Positions 1 to 6,599 of a stretch of DNA of 28,203 bases are shown in pieces. Both the position numbers and the translations under genes were made by a program. The first letter of the stretch is position 1. The number at the start of each line of letters is the position of its first letter. The notes beneath the pieces were generated by a model. It did not search any database. It was not told the DNA's origin and worked only from the letters and a program-made list of their open reading frames with translations. This DNA comes from Allobaculum fili (GTDB taxonomy: Bacteria; Bacillota_I; Bacilli_A; Erysipelotrichales; Erysipelotrichaceae), in NCBI RefSeq assembly GCF_020969955.1, contig NZ_JAHDSX010000032.1, positions 1 to 28,203 of the forward strand. Reading direction: 5' to 3'.

Positions 1-122
1 ATTAGAAAGTGTCCGCAATTAGGGAACAGATCAAAACGATCGTCCAGTAGTTGGGGTCGCTGCTAATCGGGTGTCCTTGGAATAGGTTGACTCTAAAAAA
101 ATTGTCCACTTTCTGGGGTACA
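1..122. repeat. Three direct subterminal-type repeats (TGTCC-N5/6-YWGG); probable end of a second mobile element lying mostly left of the window
   Basis: TGTCC occurs at 10-14, 72-76 and 103-107. Each is followed 5-6 nt later by TAGGG, TAGG or CTGGGG. The last copy ends a few nt before IS66 tnpC homology is lost. Read on the minus strand, the block begins TGTACCCC (rc of 115-122). Confidence 0.35.
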
Positions 123-124
123 GT

Positions 125-811
125 TTATAGGGGTATATACAGATTCTGCCTGGAAAACGGAATCTCCTGGTAATTAAAATTCTTCTCCAGCCTGTACAGC
201 GGAAGACCGAGAATGGTTTTCATGCAGGTAATATGAGCCAGAAGAGATGGTGAAATGTAGCTGTGCGGGATCAGCTTAGGATTGGGATTATCCCCGCTGA
301 AAATCACAGTATCACCGTTTTCGTCTGTCCAGGCGAAGTGATGAATAATGGTTCTGCTGTTATAAATCTCTGCGCACTGGTATCCAATTTCTTCACAGAT
401 TGTCGGAGCAAGTTCTCGGCACTGGTCTTTGATTTCCAGAAATCGGGGATCATCAGGATAAACATCCTTTTCTCTGACTGGGAGCTGATCAATCGACTCC
501 CGTCTGCTTTTTCTCTTCTTGCGGATATGCTCCTGAATGACAGTGTATTGCTCCGCTTCTTCTTCGGCAGCCTGCTTCTCCAGCTTTTCCTGCTCTGTTG
601 GTTCTGTCTCAAAGAGGGGGATCTGTTCAGTCGAAGAGTCGTAAATCATGTTGGTAAGACGGCGTTTCTTGCTGAGAATTTGCCGGATCAGATAGATCAG
701 ATCTTCGGTATTGGACCGAAGTTCTTCTTCTGTCAGGCTGTTGAGCAGCTGATTCAGCTCACTGGTATCAAGGTCATCGGCATAAATCAGGGAATCGAGT
801 TGGACATTCAT
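125..811 (-). pseudogene. tnpC: IS66-family transposase TnpC (Orf3), 3'-truncated (about 225 of the ~500 codons expected)
   Basis: The 228-aa ORF lies directly downstream of IS66 tnpA/tnpB. It has an acidic/coiled N-terminus and the basic patch RKKRKSRRES. The core KLIPHSYISPSLLAHITCMKTILGLPLYRLEKNF matches the IS66 TnpC pattern I recall (..ASPSLLA....K....PLYRQE..F). Similarity breaks after FSRQNL and a stop follows at 125-127. Confidence 0.75.
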
Positions 812-910
812 GCTTTAAGTATAGGAAAAACCGATATCTTCATCCAACGATCTGCCCGAGAATAACCTTTTATAATAAGCGCTATAAACTGATAAATAAC
901 AGTGAAACGC

Positions 911-1261
911 TTAAATATATATAGGATAAGATTTTTTAAATACTGTTCCTGTGTCGACACATAGCCCGTTCAGCAGCCACATCAGCTGCTGCTCTGTAAC
1001 AGAAACCATGCCATCTCCTTCCATACGCCAGTCAAAATGCCCTTCGTTGAGGATTTTAGAGAACATCCAGAATCCTGTGCCGTCGTAAAACAGGCACTTG
1101 ATCCGGTCTTTATGACGGTTGGTGAAGATGTACAGCGACTGATCGCATGGATTAATGCCAAACTGATCAGCTGCGTACTGACAAAGTGTGTTGATGCCTT
1201 TTCGAAAATCAATCGGCTCTTTGGCAATATAGATGCCGGATATATCAAATGAGAGATTCAT
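911..1261 (-). CDS. tnpB: IS66-family accessory protein TnpB (Orf2)
   Basis: 116 aa. PIDFRKGINTL...LYIFTNRHKDRIKCLFYDGTGFWMFSKILNEGHFDW is the hallmark IS66 Orf2 pattern. The ATG lies 4 nt after the tnpA stop (TAAaaccATG). Confidence 0.9.
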   Translation of the reverse strand: MNLSFDISGIYIAKEPIDFRKGINTLCQYAADQFGINPCDQSLYIFTNRHKDRIKCLFYDGTGFWMFSKILNEGHFDWRMEGDGMVSVTEQQLMWLLNGLCVDTGTVFKKSYPIYI

Positions 1262-1265
1262 GGTT

Positions 1266-1517
1266 TTAGTCCTTTCTGATGACGACTTTGTAAAACGTGA
1301 TGTGCTGATCGGAACGTGCTGACCGATTCAGATGTGGCTGGGGTGATGCACCAGGCGGAGGCTTGATGAGTCCAAACTTCTCGCTGCGCAGAACAGATCG
1401 AAAGCTGTTGTAGCTGATCTGCTTCATTTGGCAAAAGCTCAAAACGGAGCCGCAGTGAGACTCTCTGAATTCATCAATCAATGGTTTCCATTTCTGGTAA
1501 GTTGTATATCTGGTCAT
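1266..1517 (-). CDS. tnpA: IS66-family Orf1 (TnpA-like small protein), 83 aa from ATG 1517
   Basis: It has the position and size expected for IS66 orf1. The ATG at 1515-1517 is preceded by AAGGAGGG. The longer 94-aa track ORF starts at a TTG inside the hairpin and is unlikely. Confidence 0.6.
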   Translation of the reverse strand: MTRYTTYQKWKPLIDEFRESHCGSVLSFCQMKQISYNSFRSVLRSEKFGLIKPPPGASPQPHLNRSARSDQHITFYKVVIRKD

Positions 1518-1520
1518 AAA

Positions 1521-1562
1521 AACAGGCCCTCCTTGGCAATAGTTTCTCAAGGAGGGCCTGTT
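1521..1562 (-). promoter_or_regulatory. Perfect 15-bp hairpin that sequesters the tnpA Shine-Dalgarno sequence
   Basis: Arms AACAGGCCCTCCTTG (1521-1535) and CAAGGAGGGCCTGTT (1548-1562) are exact reverse complements. On the minus-strand mRNA the downstream arm contains AAGGAGGG, about 10 nt before the ATG at 1517. Confidence 0.6.
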
Positions 1563-1812
1563 AATTTAAGATGTCAATGAATTGACGCTTACAAATCAAG
1601 ACCGAGCGTAATTAAAGAACAAATAGTAAACACTTTCTAAATATTACCTAAATCCGATTCACCGCCACTCAATATTGTGCTATTATCAAATCAATAATAG
1701 TTCTGTTAAAAATATGCGAGGTCAAAAGCTAATTCAATATTACCCGAACGCAAATTGCGATAAATTGTTAACAGCTAGCGTACTTGCTTCATAGAATCGA
1801 AAGGAGAAAGGT

Positions 1813-2451
1813 ATGAAATTCAAAAGAAAGATTTTTTCCTCTGCTTTATCTTCGTCGCTGATTCTTGGGGTGATCGGAGGAATTCCGATTTCTGCAAACG
1901 ATTATTCTATCACCGAAGAAAAAGCTGATAGCTATTCAGTTTCACTAACAGAAAATTCCATCGTCGAGTCGATCGAAGTTAATGTCAACGGAGATACAAT
2001 TTTCGTCAATCGTGAAACATTCGAAAACAATAATGTACTCCTGACTATTACAGAAGATGGAGTAACCCAGACATTCAACCAAACTGGTTCTTATGAACTT
2101 CTCCTTCAAGCAGTAAAAGGAGAGCTAAGAGCGAATGATGGACGCTTCTATGGACGGGTAGCAGGGTATAACTACAGGTATATGAAGGCTGTCTCTTCAA
2201 CCGATTACCTCACTCCGCAAAACAACACATATTCAACTATCCTAGCTGCGGTTTCTGGTACGCTTGGATATCTAGGTTTACCTGGTTCAACAATCACTGG
2301 CATAGCCTCTATGATCTTCGCAGCAAATGCTGCACCTGTAGAGACGAAAATTGTCACAACGCGACATTGGTATGAGATGACGGAGAAATCTTCGGGTGGA
2401 TTCATCGGTTATCATTGTGAGTGTTCGGTTATCATTGTGAGTGTGTGGTAG
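1813..2451 (+). CDS. Secreted hypothetical protein (signal peptide); 3' end frameshifted by a 20-bp duplication
   Basis: RBS AAAGGAGAAAGGT precedes the ATG. The N-terminus MKFKRKIFSSALSSSLILGVIGGIPISA/ND is a typical Sec signal peptide. I recognise no family. Confidence 0.7.
   Translation: MKFKRKIFSSALSSSLILGVIGGIPISANDYSITEEKADSYSVSLTENSIVESIEVNVNGDTIFVNRETFENNNVLLTITEDGVTQTFNQTGSYELLLQAVKGELRANDGRFYGRVAGYNYRYMKAVSSTDYLTPQNNTYSTILAAVSGTLGYLGLPGSTITGIASMIFAANAAPVETKIVTTRHWYEMTEKSSGGFIGYHCECSVIIVSVW
2405..2444 (+). repeat. Exact 20-bp tandem duplication (TCGGTTATCATTGTGAGTGT x2)
   Basis: Positions 2405-2424 and 2425-2444 are identical base for base. The length is not a multiple of 3. Confidence 0.97.
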
Positions 2452-2550
2452 GTACTTATGTTCGTAATTCTTCTGGTGGATGGACGTATCTTGGTTCGCA
2501 GACTGGGGAATTCGATAGTTTTGATGTATATTAACATCATCATAACGATT

Positions 2551-2862
2551 ATGTCGAACAAAAAGATTAAACAAACTTTTGTCTCTCTACTCATCTTAGC
2601 GACTGGTTTCCTGCTTCTTGCCAATGGATTTCCAAATAGTGGGATCGCTATAATCTTAACAGCCCTGACGTTAGCTTTATCTGTATGTGTAAAATCAACT
2701 AACAAATGGGGGTTGTGTTTGATTGTTGCTGCAGTTGTCGGAGTAGCGATAGCTCTTTTGTATTTTTTAAGTCACCATGACTGGATCAGCTCCTTAGCGT
2801 GCATTATACCAGCGGCTATATTGTCGGATATTATAGTGAAATCTTTCCGAAAGCTTAAATAA
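2551..2862 (+). CDS. Small polytopic membrane protein (103 aa, 3-4 predicted TM helices)
   Basis: MSNKKIKQ is followed by hydrophobic stretches (FVSLLILATGFLLLA, GIAIILTALTLALSV, GLCLIVAAVVGVAIALLYFL, LACIIPAAILSDIIV). The upstream part of the 134-aa track ORF overlaps the ancestral 3' end of the preceding gene. Confidence 0.6.
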   Translation: MSNKKIKQTFVSLLILATGFLLLANGFPNSGIAIILTALTLALSVCVKSTNKWGLCLIVAAVVGVAIALLYFLSHHDWISSLACIIPAAILSDIIVKSFRKLK

Positions 2863-2929
2863 TGCAGATACCTACAAACAATTGAGCCCTGATGTATTTG
2901 GACATCGCTTAGAGCGCTCACAGTAAAAT

Positions 2930-2977
2930 AAGCCCATCAGGCAGACAGGATCAATTCCTGCCATACCTGATGGGCTT
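2930..2977. terminator. Bidirectional rho-independent terminator (12-bp stem)
   Basis: AAGCCCATCAGG (2930-2941) pairs with CCTGATGGGCTT (2966-2977). It is flanked by AAAATA upstream and TTCATATT downstream, between a plus-strand and a minus-strand ORF end. Confidence 0.6.
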
Positions 2978-2986
2978 TCATATTGT

Positions 2987-3240
2987 CTAGTGAAATGTTC
3001 CCCAGGGCTCAAAGTTTCTTCCAGCAGAATTTGCTTTGCCGCAAGCCATCCAGCGTCTGGTGTGAGTTGTTGCAGAGATCCAGGAGATCCAGACATAACC
3101 TTCACGGATGACATAGCCATCATAATTGACACTCATGCCTTTGTTGTAGGTCAGCCCGGTATCCTTGCCGGCAACAGAAGGTGCTTCTCTAATCTTGATT
3201 GCATCAACAGTAACCCTTGCTGGTGTCAACTGAAAAATTG
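2987..3240 (-). pseudogene. Relic of a phage-type endolysin cell-wall-binding domain (SH3b / SH3_5-like), no catalytic domain
   Basis: VTVDAIKIREAPSVAGKDTGLTYNKGMSVNYDGYVIREGYVWISWISATTHTRRWMACG follows the bacterial SH3 pattern of Gram-positive lysins (..YD.....DGY.WISY.....RRY.A). The N-terminal 60 aa of the track ORF run through a hairpin and look non-coding. Confidence 0.55.
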
Positions 3241-3332
3241 CAGTTTGATCAATTGAAAAGTTGCAGCTGGCATCTCCGGTCAGCAGGACAAAATACGCCA
3301 ACCTCAAGTGTTCTGTGAACGAAACAGATGTA

Positions 3333-3387
3333 GGGCCTCCCCCTGCCGGTTCTCTGCGATCTTTCTCGATCCGGCAGGGGGAGGCCC
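3333..3387 (+). other. Orphan GC-rich perfect 17-bp inverted repeat (terminator-like hairpin)
   Basis: GGGCCTCCCCCTGCCGG (3333-3349) and CCGGCAGGGGGAGGCCC (3371-3387) are separated by a 21-nt loop and followed by GGCTTTTGT. The hairpin sits exactly between the two gene relics. Confidence 0.6.
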
Positions 3388-3425
3388 GGCTTTTGTACTT
3401 AACCTTGCCAGCTGCCTTATTGCTG

Positions 3426-4040
3426 TCAGTCAAGTATAAAAGGAGGGTTTCCCAGCACGATGTCCCACTTTTTTTTGGCCATATCTATTCCTTCTTTCCT
3501 TTCAATCTCTTTGTATCGAATCGTTTTTTTCGCTCTCCACTTTCGTACTTTACAAAGTGGAGCTTTTTCTTCTGGTTTGTCTTCAATATCGAAAAGGGTC
3601 ATCTGCTCAAAGACTGGCTGCGGAACACCCAATGGGACAGTTCCGTTCAATCCGTCCATTTGCCAGAAATTCCAAGTGATGATGTTTGTGATGGCAGTAA
3701 GAAGATCTTTATCGGCTTCTTTGTTCCAAACGCTTTGGTAGTAATCAACAAATGTCATGAGCAGGTTGATGCGGCCAATGAGTAAATTGTCGCCCTGGTA
3801 CTCATAGCCGTACACACTTTCATAGGCACGCGTCGCCCACTTGATCCAGTCTTCTTCATTGTCTGTGTTCTCCGTAACAACCCGCAGCTTTCGATCAAGA
3901 ATCCCGATTCGTTCTTCAACAGGAATGATCTGTCCGGTTGACGCGTTGTATCGGGATACAATGAATGGTGCTTCGCCACAGGTGATTTCAAGAACTGATC
4001 GGTCAACCGTGTTGGCAGGGTGGTTGAGTGCTGATCGACC
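3426..4040 (-). pseudogene. N6-adenine DNA methyltransferase fragment, truncated at both ends
   Basis: My own translation of the open frame gives ..VLEITCGEAPFIVSRYNASTGQIIPVEERIGILDRKLRVV...YGYEYQGDNLLIGRINLL...WNFWQMDGL...WDIVLGNPPFILD*. It contains an AdoMet-binding-like motif and the NPPF catalytic motif. The frame opens right after a stop (4041-4043) with no ATG, and it stops 4 codons after NPPF. Confidence 0.6.
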
Positions 4041-4148
4041 TTAGGAAGATGCGTTAGCAGCAACAATATGAAGATTGGTTTATCAGTCCCGTTGATATAA
4101 AAGATGTCCGAATTTGTTTAGCGATACCATCCTGATAACTCTTTTTAC

Positions 4149-4667
4149 CTATTGATAACCAAATACTTCGCAAACAAACGCATTCATTTGCGAACATATT
4201 TCCAGATTTCTGAAGTCTTCGTATGGATTGTTCACGACAAACAGGGCTCCGTTCTCTCCGTTGGGTTCGTAGTCACGGTTCATCATTCGCTCGATTTTCT
4301 GATCCACATCGAACGGATTAAAAACAGAGTTGTCCATATCGGCAAGACCGAGGTTGTTAAGCATCATCCAGAACCAAGTTGGAGTCTGGTCTCCGGCCTC
4401 CCAGTCATACAATCGACTTTCGGTTTTCTGTGCTACTCCGATGAGCAGCTCCAGAACAGAACAGTCCTCATCTGGATAGTCCGATAAATCTCCATTAAAT
4501 AAATATCGTAAATAAATACCATCTTGGGCGCGGTTGCGATCTCGTTCAATCGGAAATCTATCGAACTTTTTGTTCTGTAAATAAAAGAATAGGTTGGAAT
4601 AGTCCCGTTCCAGATGCAACCGATTCGGAACTAAACCAACCAAATACTGAAAATACTCCTGACTCAA
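4149..4667 (-). CDS. Hypothetical protein, paralogue A1 (172 aa, TTG start)
   Basis: RBS GAAGGAGG lies 4 nt before the TTG. It is collinear and gap-free with paralogue A2 at 5778-6296. No motif recognised. Confidence 0.7.
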   Translation of the reverse strand: MSQEYFQYLVGLVPNRLHLERDYSNLFFYLQNKKFDRFPIERDRNRAQDGIYLRYLFNGDLSDYPDEDCSVLELLIGVAQKTESRLYDWEAGDQTPTWFWMMLNNLGLADMDNSVFNPFDVDQKIERMMNRDYEPNGENGALFVVNNPYEDFRNLEICSQMNAFVCEVFGYQ

Positions 4668-4689
4668 TAGTCCTCCTTCAACTCAGGAT

Positions 4690-5322
4690 TTATTGATTCT
4701 GATACCGCTTCGACTCAGGAATATGGTCAGCATACTCATCATATGATTCCATAATCTTCCCGATGGCGAAGTTTTGGCCAAGATCGGGATTCCGGATATA
4801 CATGGAAGCATCCATACAGTCCTGAAGGAACGCATCCAGATTATCTTTTCCGAACAACTCATTCGCGAAGTCCCTATCAATGATGAAATCATCCTCATCG
4901 ATGAAGACCTCATCGGTGGTGATCTTGATCTCCTCATAGATGGGCGCATCATCCCTATAGTCATCCGCAATAATATCCCGGATCTCCACCCGATGTGGAA
5001 CGCTTTGGTCGTTTTCGGGAGGTTGTGTTTTAGGCATCTCCGTCACTTGTTTGCTCTTGGCTGAATAGTCAACGACCTGAGCTTTTGTTTTTGTTTCGTT
5101 CGGTTCCAATGACACAACCTCATCGGACTGACTATTCTCCTGCAGATCGGTTGTAATCTCCGTTTCTTCCGGTTCGTTAGAACCTTCGTAATACTGAATG
5201 ACCTCGTTAACCTGCTCACTGCCAATCTTACTATATTTATCTTTTATAAAGTAATTTGTCAGCCAATAGCTGATCGTACCTCCTGCCAGCAAACCCAGTA
5301 GAAATGAAGTAACTTTGTTCAT
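4690..5322 (-). CDS. Membrane-anchored, highly acidic hypothetical protein (210 aa)
   Basis: ATG 5322 is preceded by TAAGGAGAG. There is one N-terminal TM helix (VTSFLLGLLAGGTISYWLTNYF), then a D/E-rich region. The track ORF start at 5382 lacks an RBS. Confidence 0.65.
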   Translation of the reverse strand: MNKVTSFLLGLLAGGTISYWLTNYFIKDKYSKIGSEQVNEVIQYYEGSNEPEETEITTDLQENSQSDEVVSLEPNETKTKAQVVDYSAKSKQVTEMPKTQPPENDQSVPHRVEIRDIIADDYRDDAPIYEEIKITTDEVFIDEDDFIIDRDFANELFGKDNLDAFLQDCMDASMYIRNPDLGQNFAIGKIMESYDEYADHIPESKRYQNQ

Positions 5323-5335
5323 ATCTCTCCTTATA

Positions 5336-5602
5336 TTAAATTGTTCGCATTCGTACGTTTTCAATGATTTCCCCCTCAACATTCGGATCGATCAGGAACC
5401 CATCTCCGAATTCCGTTGGTCGGAGATCGACATAACAGTCTTTTCCTCCGTCTTTTTTATTGTCGATCCAACCAACAACCTGGCCGGCCTTCGTTTCGTC
5501 AAAGCCAAGTTCTCGATATACCGTGTTGAGGAATAGGAATCCGTCTCGGTGAAGTTTGTTGTTCAGCACCGATGTTTTGACCTTCAACCATTGCTCAACC
5601 AA
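5336..5602 (-). CDS. Small hypothetical protein; start uncertain, possibly 5'-truncated
   Basis: The frame is open back to a stop about 78 nt upstream of 5602, with no ATG and no SD. The track start is a TTG. The conserved-looking core is LNTVYRELGFDETKAGQVVGWI. The stop lies 13 nt before the next gene's ATG. Confidence 0.4.
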   Translation of the reverse strand: MVEQWLKVKTSVLNNKLHRDGFLFLNTVYRELGFDETKAGQVVGWIDNKKDGGKDCYVDLRPTEFGDGFLIDPNVEGEIIENVRMRTI

Positions 5603-5777
5603 GAATGGATCTTTGTCAAAATCCGGATTATGTAACTTACGGATATATCCTTTATATAAAGCTATTTTCAGGTTCAGATTTCAGGAAAAAGTCGTCTTTT
5701 TACGGCTTGTAACATAATATTGGATAGACTTTACGACTGTTTCATCCTCTTATGCATGTTTGACCAGCTGCCTTGCT

Positions 5778-6296
5778 TTACTCGTAGCCCGATACTTCAC
5801 AGACGAATGCATTCATCTGAAAGAAGATTTCCATTGTTCTGAAGTCTTCAGATGGATGGCTTACCACAAACAGTGCTCCGTTTGCGCCATTAGGTTCATA
5901 CGCACGGTTCATCATCCGTTCAATCTTCTCATCCGCAATACATGGATCGAATCCAGAATTATCCATACTGGAAAGTCCAAGATTATCGAGCATCATCCAG
6001 AACCACGTCGGTGTCCGGTCTCCAGCTTCCCAGTCGTACAGTACATTTTCAGTCCTTTTGGCGACTCCAATGAGCATTTCCAGAATTGAGCAGTCTTCAT
6101 CGGGATAATCTGATAAATCTCCATTGAATAAATATCGTAAATAGATCCCGTCCTGAGCCCGGTTTCGATCTCGGTCGATCAGATACTTATCGAACTTTTT
6201 GTCGTTCAGATAAAGAAACAGCCTGGAATAAACACGTTCCGGAAGCTGTCGATTCAGAACTGAACCAGCCAGATACTCAAAATACTCCTGACTCAT
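5778..6296 (-). CDS. Hypothetical protein, paralogue A2 (172 aa)
   Basis: ATG 6296 is preceded by AAAGGAGG plus 5 nt. By hand alignment it is 129/172 identical to A1, including an invariant 29-aa block RDRNRAQDGIYLRYLFNGDLSDYPDEDCS. Confidence 0.75.
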   Translation of the reverse strand: MSQEYFEYLAGSVLNRQLPERVYSRLFLYLNDKKFDKYLIDRDRNRAQDGIYLRYLFNGDLSDYPDEDCSILEMLIGVAKRTENVLYDWEAGDRTPTWFWMMLDNLGLSSMDNSGFDPCIADEKIERMMNRAYEPNGANGALFVVSHPSEDFRTMEIFFQMNAFVCEVSGYE

Positions 6297-6490
6297 TGCA
6301 GCCTCCTTTAGTTCGGGTTTATGGATGTACCCATCATACTGTCCAAAATTCCGGTAAAAACGTCTGATCGACGTCAAATAAAGCTTACCCATTTTCTTCC
6401 CTGTTTGATACGGCCTCTTTTTCCCTCTTTTTCCGCCAGTACTCCAATGCCAAGCTTCACTGTATATATTGAATAATATTAAATCATATT

Positions 6491-6507
6491 ATATATATAT
6501 ATATATA
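6491..6507. repeat. (AT)8 dinucleotide microsatellite in an AT-rich intergenic region
   Basis: atatatatatatatata was read directly from the sequence. It lies between the operon terminator (6538-6587) and the A2 start (6296). Confidence 0.95.
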
Positions 6508-6537
6508 ATAGTGAATTTGTTCATAAAATCACAGACT

Positions 6538-6587
6538 AAAAAAGCGATTCACAAAGTGACATACGCTGTCGTCCCGCTGTGAATCGC
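6538..6587 (-). terminator. Rho-independent terminator of the helicase-MoxR-VWA operon
   Basis: GCGATTCACA (6544-6553) pairs perfectly with TGTGAATCGC (6578-6587). On the minus strand it is followed by TTTTTT (6538-6543). It starts 13 nt after the VWA stop. Confidence 0.7.
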
Positions 6588-6599
6588 GAATGAGCTGAT

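Larger units (their letters stand above)
125..1592 (-). mobile_element. IS66-family insertion sequence, left end intact, truncated within tnpC
   Basis: Gene order is tnpA-tnpB-tnpC on the minus strand. The element end reads GTAAGCGTCAATTCATTGAC on the minus strand (rc of 1573-1592), beginning with the GTAAGCG signature of IS66 inverted repeats. Only ~1.47 kb remains of an expected ~2.5 kb. Confidence 0.8.
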
